Shown here: piece by piece, positions 45,775-54,668 of the stretch
How positions within the stretch are numbered: the stretch's first letter is position 1
Layout: every line of letters begins with the position of its first letter
From: Chloropicon primus
Taxonomy: Eukaryota
DNA length: 64,000 bases
Direction of reading: 5' to 3'
Assembly: GCA_023205875.1 (NCBI GenBank)
Contig: CP060762.1
Coordinates: forward strand, 186,001-250,000
Made by a program: the position numbers and the translations under genes
The notes under the pieces: model-generated
What the model saw: the letters and a program-made list of their open reading frames with translations, nothing else
Databases searched by the model: none
What the model was told of the DNA's origin: nothing

Positions 45775-46218
45775 TATAGTAAAATCGATGGTTGGTGCAC
45801 AATAACATATGTTTTTCTGTTTTCCTACAATCAGAGGAGGTCAGGTCCATTGTGTTAGCGAGTCAGGCTGCGGCGGCGGCTTCCGCTAGGGAGTGGACGT
45901 CATCCTCATCATCTTCTACAACAAACTTCTAACGATCGACGTGCCTTCATTGCCTTGCCCTCCCCCCCCCCGCCACGCCCCAATCCAAGAAAAATTTCAA
46001 GGGCCGGCCGAAAATTGGCATTGATAAAATCCGTCGCACGTTATGATGAAAGCGGCGAGGCGGTGGCGTGGCGTGGCGTGAATTGGTTCGGTATTCTCAA
46101 CGACGGAAGGGGCGAGGCGGTGGCGGTGTATCGTCGTCATCGAGCGGGATCTGCGACGAGGATCAAGAACGTCACGCACCTGCAGCTGCAATAGGCGTGT
46201 CAGAGCAGTGAACAAAGG

Positions 46219-47445
46219 ATGAAGATCAAGAGGGAGGTCCTCGCGATGGCGTGGCTCGCCGTCGTGGTCGCCGCGGCGGGAGTGAGTGGGCACGGCCTGC
46301 TGACGAAGCCAGGGGGAAGGTCATTCAAGGCTTGGGAGGATACGCAGAGAGGCTGGCCCTACGGACCCAGGCAGCCCGAATGGAATCCGCACTCGATGAA
46401 CCGCGGGGGAGTGTGTGGAACCTCACAGACAGACGCCACGAGGAACTACAACAATCCCAAGGATGTGAACGGCAATCCCTTCACTCCGCCGGTGACGGAC
46501 ACCTACGAAGCGGGTCAGGTCTACGATTTCGAGTTCATCATAACGGCCCACCACTATGGCCACGTCGAGCTGAGACTGTGCAGGGACTGGCGGAGGCCGA
46601 CCCAAGCTTGCTTCGACGCCCACCCTCTGGAGTTCGTCTCGGATGAGCTTTACGGCGCGCTTCCTGATCCGAGGCACCCGGAGAGGGGTTATATGGCCCC
46701 CGCGAACCACATCGAGAGGCGCGTCCCGCCTTCCGGGGGTGCTTTCGAGGGCGGGATGCAGTTCCGCATGAAGTTTAGGATCCCTTTGAGCATCGGAAGG
46801 TGCGATCATTGCGCGCTGCAGTGGACTTACGTGACGGCGAACTCTTGCCTCGTCGGCGGGTACAGGCAGTACGACTTCCCCGATCCTTCTTGGTGGGCGG
46901 GCCATCTTCCGGACTGCGAGCAGACCGAGAACTGGCCCCGCGACGGAAGCGCGTTCCCGGAGCAGTTCTGGAATTGTGCGGACGTGAGGATCGTGCCATC
47001 AGGGAGCAGCACGCCGCTGCCAGCACCTGCCCCAAGACCATTGCCTGTGCCAGAGAGAAAACCATTGCCTGTGCCAGAGCCAAAACCATTGCCAGCGCCA
47101 GAGCCAAAACCATTGCCAGCGCCAGAGCTTGTGCCGAGGTGGGGGGCTTGTGGCGGGCGGAGTACAGAGCACTGCCGCCAGGACAAGAGATGCTCCCGAT
47201 GCGCACACGGCTGGGCTTGCAAAAGAGAAAGTGAATGGTATTGGCAATGCCTCCCGAGAAGATCCTCGAGCAGCAGCAGGGGGGCCACGGTGACCTCCAG
47301 ACCAGCGACTACTCTCGTGCCGAGGTGGGGGGCTTGTGGCGGGCGGAGTACAGACCACTGCCGCCAGGACAAGAGATGCTCCCGATGCGCACACGGCTGG
47401 ACTTGCACAAGAGAAACTGAATGGTATTGGCAGTGCCTCCCATAA
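46219..47445 (+). CDS. Secreted lytic polysaccharide monooxygenase (AA15/AA10-like) with Pro-rich linker and two CBM1-like modules
   Basis: Signal ends VSG|H (His1 at 46291); TAHHYGH; QWTYVTANSC; EQFWNCAD; PEPKPLP repeats; 2x WGACGG...SEWYWQCLP. Confidence 0.88.
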   Translation: MKIKREVLAMAWLAVVVAAAGVSGHGLLTKPGGRSFKAWEDTQRGWPYGPRQPEWNPHSMNRGGVCGTSQTDATRNYNNPKDVNGNPFTPPVTDTYEAGQVYDFEFIITAHHYGHVELRLCRDWRRPTQACFDAHPLEFVSDELYGALPDPRHPERGYMAPANHIERRVPPSGGAFEGGMQFRMKFRIPLSIGRCDHCALQWTYVTANSCLVGGYRQYDFPDPSWWAGHLPDCEQTENWPRDGSAFPEQFWNCADVRIVPSGSSTPLPAPAPRPLPVPERKPLPVPEPKPLPAPEPKPLPAPELVPRWGACGGRSTEHCRQDKRCSRCAHGWACKRESEWYWQCLPRRSSSSSRGATVTSRPATTLVPRWGACGGRSTDHCRQDKRCSRCAHGWTCTRETEWYWQCLP

Positions 47446-47726
47446 CCTCGTTCCTAATCCAGTTCAGTTTGTTTTCCCATGCCACCATTGTTCTTGCTCT
47501 CCATTGTTCTTGCTCTCCCTGGCTCAACCGCAGCCGAGTAGTGGCATGGCGATCCCTCTCGCTGATCAAGCGGAGATAGATGAGGATCGTGGAGATTAGC
47601 TGCTTTGCAATTGATTGCAACCAACGCGGTGGCTGGGCAGCACCAGACGACGACAAGGACGACGACAAGGACGACAAGGACGACGACGAGTGAGCTCAGA
47701 ACACATCAGGATTTTTGGTCACGAGA

Positions 47727-49424
47727 ATGCCGCAGGCTACGTTTGGGACATGTTTGGTGTTCCTCCTCCTCTCCATGTTCTCCTCCCTTCGAAGGGTGAG
47801 GGCAGATGTCAGCGACTACGGCAATTGTGGTGGCGTGAGCACTCATCCGTGTGCAGAGGATCGAGCTTGCGCGGACTGCGCGTCCCCCAACTTTGAGTGC
47901 GACCGCCAGTCGGAGTGGTACTGGCAGTGCCTTCCTTCCGATTCATCCTCGAGCGCCGGCTGCACTGATGAGGCTGCCGATAACTTCGACCCCCTCGCGA
48001 CCAAGGACGACGGGAGCTGCGAGTACACGATCTATGGTTGCACGTTCAGATCGGCGGCCAACTACGACCCCCTAGCGACGGAAGACGACGGCTCGTGCTC
48101 GTTCTTCACAGAGACAGAGGCAGAGGAGACAACAGACTCTGCTGAGGAGGAGACCACGGCAGCGATTCCTGCTGCCGAGGAGACAGAGCAGCCACTTGCT
48201 GAGGCAGATGTCGCCGAGGAGGCCACAGCACAGCCGCTGCCCGAGGAGAGCGCCCAGCAGCCATCGGTGGAGGCCGCCGAGGAGACCCCAACTGCCGAGG
48301 AGGCGTTACCCCAGGCGTTACCGTACAAAGCCTGTGGAGGGATCAACCTTTGCGGAGCCGACGAGGAGTGCAGGTCCTGCTCTGCCGGTTTTACGTGCTC
48401 GAAAAGCAACGAGTGGTACTATCAATGTGTAAGAGAAACGGGGGAGCCGACTCTCCCTGTCCCGTCGGCTCCAACGCCTGCTATTCCGGAGGCGGAGCAG
48501 GAGCCACCCTCGGCCTCGGCGGCGGACTACGAGGCGTGTGGGGGTTCGGATCTTTGTGGCTCTGACGAGGAGTGCAGATCTTGCTCCTCCGAGTCATTCA
48601 CTTGCAAGAGGACCAATGCTTTCTACCACCAATGCGTGCCAGATGATTCTGCCGAAGGCGACGTCGAGACCGAGGCCGAGACCGAGGCCGAGGTCCAAGA
48701 ACCCACGACCGCCGAGCCGGACAGCGCCTTCACGACCTCCGAGGGTCTTGGCTCGACCACTCGCTTCTTTGACGGATGCAAAGCTTCGTGCTCGTGGGAG
48801 GGGAACGTCGGGAAGACTGTGAGTGGCGTGGTCAAGTCTTGCTCGAACAAGTTCGACGACGAAGGCAACCAAATCCCGCTGGAGAATCCCAACGTCAAGT
48901 CGGTTTGCGGAGGTGGAGGAGTCGAGGAGGAGGGCGGGTCGGTGGCCTACCAATGCATCGACCAGCAGCCGTTCAATGAAGGAAAGCAACGCTACGGGTT
49001 TGCCGCCTCCAACGCCCGCTGCTGCGAATGCTACGAACTTACCTTCCAAGAGGGAGATATCGCTGGGGAGACGGCCATCGTGCAGGTGATCAACGAGGGC
49101 GGCGATCTCGGGGAGAAGCAATTCGATATCCAGATTCCCGGCGGAGGTTATGGCATCTTCAACGGCGCAACCGGCAGCCCGCCAAACGGACCACCTCTTT
49201 TCGAGAACTCAGTGGAGGCAGATTGGGGGCAGCGCTATGGGGGTGTGCAGAGCAGAGAGGAGTGCTTCAACCTCCCCTCCTCAGTGCAGCCAGGCTGCCT
49301 CTGGCGCTGGGATTCCCTGGGAGGCGCGGACAACCCGAGCGTGACGTACAAGAGGGTCAAGTGCGGCCTGCATCCAAAGCTTTACGAGAAAAGCGGCTGT
49401 CTCTTGGCTGCCGATTTGGTGTGA
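47727..49424 (+). CDS. Secreted GH45 endoglucanase with three CBM1-like modules
   Basis: STTRFFDGCKASCSW, GFAA, CCECYELTF, VQVINEGGDLG, QFDIQIPGGGYGIFNG, WGQRYGGV, GCLWRWD; CBMs YGNCGG..WYWQC. Confidence 0.92.
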   Translation: MPQATFGTCLVFLLLSMFSSLRRVRADVSDYGNCGGVSTHPCAEDRACADCASPNFECDRQSEWYWQCLPSDSSSSAGCTDEAADNFDPLATKDDGSCEYTIYGCTFRSAANYDPLATEDDGSCSFFTETEAEETTDSAEEETTAAIPAAEETEQPLAEADVAEEATAQPLPEESAQQPSVEAAEETPTAEEALPQALPYKACGGINLCGADEECRSCSAGFTCSKSNEWYYQCVRETGEPTLPVPSAPTPAIPEAEQEPPSASAADYEACGGSDLCGSDEECRSCSSESFTCKRTNAFYHQCVPDDSAEGDVETEAETEAEVQEPTTAEPDSAFTTSEGLGSTTRFFDGCKASCSWEGNVGKTVSGVVKSCSNKFDDEGNQIPLENPNVKSVCGGGGVEEEGGSVAYQCIDQQPFNEGKQRYGFAASNARCCECYELTFQEGDIAGETAIVQVINEGGDLGEKQFDIQIPGGGYGIFNGATGSPPNGPPLFENSVEADWGQRYGGVQSREECFNLPSSVQPGCLWRWDSLGGADNPSVTYKRVKCGLHPKLYEKSGCLLAADLV

Positions 49425-49555
49425 GCAAACGGTTCAAGCTTGATCGATTGATTTTTTTTTTTCACTTTTTTGTTTTGTAGTTACACATTCTTTCCCTCGT
49501 ATTCATATATATGTATATATCGATATAAAACAGCAGCAACAACAAGCTGTGTCGG

Positions 49556-51109
49556 TCAATCGTAAGCCACCTTGAAGGACCTCCTCCTGACTTTTTGGGG
49601 CTTCCCTGGACCATCGGACCTCGTGGAATCCGAGGGCAGCGTCTGGGCTTTCCTTGGGTCCGCGATGGAGCTGATCTTCTTGAACGACTTTGCGAAGAAG
49701 CAGAGGTAGCACAGGTACTGCAGGGCAATCATCTGCAAGACCACCGAAGCGATGGAGACGAATCTGTGCCTGAGTCGTGGGGCAAGTCTGTCCGCGACGA
49801 GGACCGAGAACGGAAAGGCAAGCAGCCAGATGGATCCGAACAACGCGATGCTCAGAATGGACGTGCTCAACTCCCCGCCCTTCTCGCAGCCAGAGTAGCT
49901 CATGGCTGCTCCCGCTATGAACATCACCCACAGGATCACCCTGAGCACCAAGATGCACTTGCCAGGCCAGTGTTCGTGGTCGTGGAACTGGCTGAACTCG
50001 TCGTGGTATTGCCGGCCCATCATCTCCAGAGCCAGGTTGATCACAGTCAGCCCGGCGACAAACACGCCCCCGAGGGAGACCTGGCTGAATATGCTTCTCA
50101 CAGGCGAAGACAGCTGCCTTGCCATCGATTTCACGAGCCTCTTGACTCTCGGGTTCCGCATCAGCGCGTTCAAGGCCCCCATGATGCTGTCGCCGGACCC
50201 TTTTCCTCCCGAGCTCTTCGTCACGCTCTGGACCACGTCGTCGAAGCTCTTCGTTGTCCATCCGCAGGCCAAAAAGATGAGAAGCAAAGAGATCAGGTGC
50301 TCGCTGGCCCCTTGGGCTATCTCGCTCACGAAATCCAGCGCAAAGAACGTGTACCTCCACCTCAAACCATGGCCGTTGTAGTTGAAAACGATCAGGTGCA
50401 GCGTCTCGCACACCAGGCTGAGTATCTGGAGAAAGTACGCGGCGACGACCACAAGGATGAAAGCATGGATCTGCTTCTGCTTCTGGTACACCTCAAAGCA
50501 CTTGCGGATCAGCAGGACGAACAGGGCGGAGAGAACCAAAGAGGTGAGGAGGTTGAACGTCAAGAGCCCCCACTCGTCACTCGGCAGGTGGCCCAAGTGC
50601 TCCGTCACAATCTCCAAATCATAGAGAAGAGGAGGCAACCCCTTGGCGTTGTACCACTCCAGAGCGCAATCCGTGACGTAGATGTACAGCACCTGGGACT
50701 TCTTCTCGTTCTTCCAGTCCAAGCTGATCGCGACACTCGAGCCCTTCTTCTCCTCCGAACGAAGTCTCGGTGCCACGGGTTCCCGCTTGTGAGCATGCTT
50801 CACCCTATCGTCGCAAAGGCTTCCCTTGTCCAGCTTCTGCTTGAATGTTCGGAACCCATCCTCCGTGAAGATGTCCAGCTCCACCTGGTGCTTCTTCTCC
50901 CAGAACCCTCCCCTCGCTTCAAACTTGGCACGGACTTTGAGTTCGGCATCCCCATCCGCAGCGAACTTGGTCAAATACCTCTCCGTGTTGATGGAGCTCA
51001 ACTGAAGTTCGCCGTGGACCTTCTTCGCCTCGCAGGCGTGGTCCTTGGACGAGGATGCCAGGGCCGCTACCACCACCACCACCAACGCCACCACCTTCGC
51101 CACCGCCAT
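49556..51109 (-). CDS. GPR180/TMEM145-like (GOST) 7TM protein
   Basis: Signal peptide, YLTKFA, YIYVTDC, HLPSDEWG, LHLIVFNYNGHG, LACGWT, 7 TM. Confidence 0.85.
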   Translation of the reverse strand: MAVAKVVALVVVVVAALASSSKDHACEAKKVHGELQLSSINTERYLTKFAADGDAELKVRAKFEARGGFWEKKHQVELDIFTEDGFRTFKQKLDKGSLCDDRVKHAHKREPVAPRLRSEEKKGSSVAISLDWKNEKKSQVLYIYVTDCALEWYNAKGLPPLLYDLEIVTEHLGHLPSDEWGLLTFNLLTSLVLSALFVLLIRKCFEVYQKQKQIHAFILVVVAAYFLQILSLVCETLHLIVFNYNGHGLRWRYTFFALDFVSEIAQGASEHLISLLLIFLACGWTTKSFDDVVQSVTKSSGGKGSGDSIMGALNALMRNPRVKRLVKSMARQLSSPVRSIFSQVSLGGVFVAGLTVINLALEMMGRQYHDEFSQFHDHEHWPGKCILVLRVILWVMFIAGAAMSYSGCEKGGELSTSILSIALFGSIWLLAFPFSVLVADRLAPRLRHRFVSIASVVLQMIALQYLCYLCFFAKSFKKISSIADPRKAQTLPSDSTRSDGPGKPQKVRRRSFKVAYD

Positions 51110-51135
51110 GGCCGCGAGATCACGAGAATCAGATT

Positions 51136-51625
51136 CTCTGATCTGAGAGAGAGAGAGAGAGAGAGAAGAGGATGGATGGATGGTTTGGTGATAGGATTGG
51201 GGCAAGGAGGGAGGGAAGCATTGTCCTGCAATCAATCCTCTCTATAATGCTTCTCTCTCTTTCTCTCTCTCTCTTTCTGTCCGATCAATGGATCAATTGG
51301 AGGGTTCACCTCGCTCTGATCAGAGAGAGAGAGAGGGAGAGAGAGAGAGAGAGAAGAGGATGGATGGATGGTTTGGTGATGAGGGTTGGAGCAAGGAGGG
51401 AGGGAAGCATTGTCCTGCAATGAATCCTCTCTATAATGCTTCTCTCTCTTTCTCTCTCTCTCTTTCTGTCCGATCAATGGATCAATTGGAGGGTTCACCT
51501 CGCTCTGATCAGAGAGAGAAAGAGAGAGAGAGAGAGAGAAGAGGATGGATGGATGGTTTGGTGATGAGGGTTGGAGCAAGGAGGGAGGGAAGCATTGTCC
51601 TGCAATCAATCCTCTCTCTTTCTCT
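51136..51625. repeat. Tandem repeat, ~180-190-nt unit, ~2.7 copies, containing (GA)n/(CT)n
   Basis: GAAGAGGATGGATGGATGGTTTGGTGAT...GGGAAGCATTGTCCTGCAAT occurs three times. Confidence 0.9.
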
Positions 51626-51791
51626 CTGCTCTGTCTGCTCTGTCTGCTCCAGCTTAGGTTGGTATCCACACCAACGAGCACAAGGAAACAGGACCGTGGA
51701 GGAGGAGACTTGGACCTCGGAGAATATCCCGTCTGCTGTTTTTGTTTTTGGTCTTCCAGTTGGTGAGATTACAGGAGAGATTGCTTGCTTG

Positions 51792-52157
51792 TTACGCATC
51801 GGGTCGAGTGAAGCCATCGATCTCGTCCTTGAGTCTTTTCAGCTGCTCCCTCTGCTCGTCGCTCAGAGTCTTCAAGGTCTCTTCCTTGAGGTCGCCGCTA
51901 ACGACATCCCTCTCTGCCACGGACTCTCCAGCGCCTTCCTGTGGCGCCGTGCCTAAAGTCTTGGCGTAGTCCTCCCACTGCCCCGAAAACTCGTCGTAGT
52001 GCTTCTCCATGTCAGCGTCCTTCAGGTTCCACATGGATCTGAACTCCTGCCTGACATACTGGTCACCCATATCCCTCAACGGGAGCGGGAGGCTGCTCCT
52101 GTGGAGACGGAGGATCCTCGCATACAAGCGCAAGAGAACCTCCTTCGTCTTCGTCAT
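51792..52157 (-). CDS. SDHAF3: LYR-motif succinate dehydrogenase assembly factor 3 (SDHAF3/ACN9-like)
   Basis: LYARILRLHR..LP..LRDMGDQYVRQEFR...W.DY...LSDEQREQL..L. Confidence 0.85.
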   Translation of the reverse strand: MTKTKEVLLRLYARILRLHRSSLPLPLRDMGDQYVRQEFRSMWNLKDADMEKHYDEFSGQWEDYAKTLGTAPQEGAGESVAERDVVSGDLKEETLKTLSDEQREQLKRLKDEIDGFTRPDA

Positions 52158-52258
52158 GATCTTTCCCCCCCCTCTCTCTCTCTCTCTCTGTTCCTGTCCC
52201 CCTCGCCGCGCACGTCGTTCGCGCCTCACTCAAACACACTCAAAAGACAAGCAAACCC

Positions 52259-52926
52259 TTAGCTCGACGGCTTGGTCGCCGTCAACACGCCCATCTGCTG
52301 CTGCTCGAGCTCAACCAGCTGCTGCTCTCTGTCCGTCTCGATGATCAATGGCACAACCAACACCAAGAACGTCGTGGACATGATCCACGCCGCCTTTCCA
52401 GTACTCGCGAACAACTTTTCACAAAAAAAACAAAACACAGATGAAGATGAGACAAGAGAGAGAGTGAGAGGCGAGAGAGGGTCAGTCACTCGAACGAAAC
52501 CACGGGCCAGAGTCCCGCCATCCCTTCCACTACGAAAACAAAACAAGACCGAAGAGTTCTCCTCCCTCACTTCATGCCTTCCTCTCTAAACTCTTGTCGA
52601 CAAGGCTCGTGCTGCCAAGACGACACGAGGGGCGAGGGATACGGAAGGACCGGTGACGAAGGACGTTACGCCGCAACGTAACGCATCCCTCGTCCTCTCC
52701 TAATCCTCTCGTCCTGCCTTTCTTGTCCACGAACGATCGATCGAACGATCAATCGATCGAAGAGAACGAACGAACGAAGAAAAAAACGAATCGAGAGAGA
52801 GAGAGAAGGGAGAGGAAAGGGGAGGATGAAGGAGCGGCTTACCTTCTTCGCAGTTTTGAGGAGCCTCCTCTTGGCGCTTCCCTTGCTCGTGCTCGCGTTG
52901 CCTCCTGCGCTAACGATCTCCGTCAT
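52259..52926 (-). CDS. TOM9: Plant-type mitochondrial import receptor TOM9 (TOM22 homolog); exons 52926-52843 and 52414-52259
   Basis: KK|LFASTGKAAWIMSTTFLVLVVPLIIETDREQQ. Confidence 0.88.
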
Positions 52927-53214
52927 CGTGAAACCTCTTTTTGTTTTTCTTTCTCCTTCGCCGCCAAAAGCATTCCCTCGACCTGGGGACAGAGCGGAGC
53001 GGAACTCGACAGAGGAAGGGGCTCGTGGAAGCGTCCAGAGTGGCGAGGAGGGCGAACGGAGGGGAGAGGAGGGGAGACACGCGGAAGCACCGTCTCTTGC
53101 TCTTTCGATTGATACCTCGCTTGAAGGGATTGGCGGAGAAGAGAAGGAGGTAGGTCTGGGTTTCGTTGCCCGGATTGTGGATAAGCTCGTGCTCGACAGG
53201 AAGGCAAGGCGAGG

Positions 53215-54654
53215 ATGGCGTCCACGGCGAGGGGCTTCGGCGTGGTCGTGCCGCGGGTAGTGGTTTCGCGTTTGGTTTCGACGTCGTCTGAGACTAAGAA
53301 TAGGGCGACGAGGGCGAATAATCTCGCTCTGGCGCGAGAGAGGATGGTGGTGGCGATGACGATGACGATGATGTCTGGGCCACCCGGACGTTGCCTCCGC
53401 TTGCGTGCCGTGGTCTCGGATGACAACGTGCCCGAAGGCCACGCGAACTTGCACAACGAGCTTTACGGGGACAAGTCAGAGGGAGGGAAGGCCCACGCCG
53501 CGGTGGTGGTGAACGACTTTGATGAAGTCTTGGAGGGAGAGCTCGACGGCACGACGCTTTTCGTCACTTCAGAGTGGCTCGAGAAGCGGGACGGAACGAA
53601 GCCTTGCGGGCTTTACGCGATTTACGACGAGGGGGAATCGCTCAAGTTCGTAGGATATTCCCGAAACATCGTGTTGGCGATCCGCGGATACACGGAAGTG
53701 GACGCCGAGGGCAAGCCGGACGAGTTCAAGCACTGCAGGGTCAAGCTGATTAGCGGCAAGCGCCTGACCAGCAGGGCGTACATGCAGCAGCAGAGGGACT
53801 CTTGGGTTGAGGATCTCACGGGGGCAAAGGGCGGGGAGGGTGAGGGGGTGGCGCTCTCTTCGGGACAGGGGCCTCAACCCGCGGTGAAAAGGTCCGAGGC
53901 AGAGGAAGCGACGCACGAGGAGCAGAAGCTGAAGATGAGGAAAGCGATGGGCGATAGCCTGGACGCGCCGGCGAGCGGCCAGGAGACGGAAGACAAGAAG
54001 CAGAGGAGGCTCAATACGATCAAGGCCGTGGAGGGTGATGACTGGAGCGAGGTCATTGACCGCCAGACGCGGGAGACGAGGGGCCAGTCCCCGGCGACCG
54101 AGGAGGGCTCTGCTCCCGCAGACCGAGTGAGCCCTTTCGCGAAACCCGGGTCCGCGATGCCGCGGGGCGGCGAGGCGGGGGGACGCTCGGTGATGGACGC
54201 CGACACGGTGAACGAGGTCTTGGACGAGGTGAGGCCTTACCTGATCGCGGACGGCGGAAACGTGAGCGTCGTGGCCGTAGAGGACGGCGTGGTCAAGCTT
54301 GCGCTCGAGGGAGCCTGCGGCAGCTGCGCCTCTGCGACGGCCACCATGTCGATGGGGATCGAGAGGGCGCTGAGAAACCACTTTGGGTCGCTTCTCAAGC
54401 AGGTGGTCAGGGTTGACCCGGGTGCTGGAGGCGGGAGCGACGAAGGAGTCGCACCCAGCGCGGTGGACGCCCACCTGGACATGCTCAGGTCCGCCATCGA
54501 GAACTATGGGGGGAGCGTGCGGGTCAAGTCGGTGGACGGGGCGGTCTGCGTGGTGCAGTACAAGGGGCCACCGCCCCTCAGCAAAGGCATCGAAGCGGCG
54601 ATCAAGGACAGCTTTCCAGCCCTTCGGCAGATCAATTTCGTGTCTTTTGATTGA
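53215..54654 (+). CDS. Plastid NFU-type Fe-S carrier with N-terminal GIY-YIG-like domain
   Basis: Transit-like N-terminus; GLYAIYD....KFVGYSRN; VRPYLIADGGNV..LEGACGSC..TMSMGIE; second degenerate NifU domain. Confidence 0.88.
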   Translation: MASTARGFGVVVPRVVVSRLVSTSSETKNRATRANNLALARERMVVAMTMTMMSGPPGRCLRLRAVVSDDNVPEGHANLHNELYGDKSEGGKAHAAVVVNDFDEVLEGELDGTTLFVTSEWLEKRDGTKPCGLYAIYDEGESLKFVGYSRNIVLAIRGYTEVDAEGKPDEFKHCRVKLISGKRLTSRAYMQQQRDSWVEDLTGAKGGEGEGVALSSGQGPQPAVKRSEAEEATHEEQKLKMRKAMGDSLDAPASGQETEDKKQRRLNTIKAVEGDDWSEVIDRQTRETRGQSPATEEGSAPADRVSPFAKPGSAMPRGGEAGGRSVMDADTVNEVLDEVRPYLIADGGNVSVVAVEDGVVKLALEGACGSCASATATMSMGIERALRNHFGSLLKQVVRVDPGAGGGSDEGVAPSAVDAHLDMLRSAIENYGGSVRVKSVDGAVCVVQYKGPPPLSKGIEAAIKDSFPALRQINFVSFD

Positions 54655-54668
54655 GGTAGTTTACAGCT

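Noticed and set aside
51136..51625. Regularly spaced repeats as a possible CRISPR array
   Set aside because: Whole units repeat with no unique spacers; eukaryotic context; no cas genes
52415..52842. Possible 41-nt cassette exon or intronic snoRNA within the long TOM9 intron
   Set aside because: Inclusion would shift the frame, the donor is weak, and the CTGA is better explained as the CTGAC branch point
53600..53830. GIY-YIG motif as a homing endonuclease or mobile element
   Set aside because: It is in frame within a nuclear NFU gene with no intron, intein or terminal repeats
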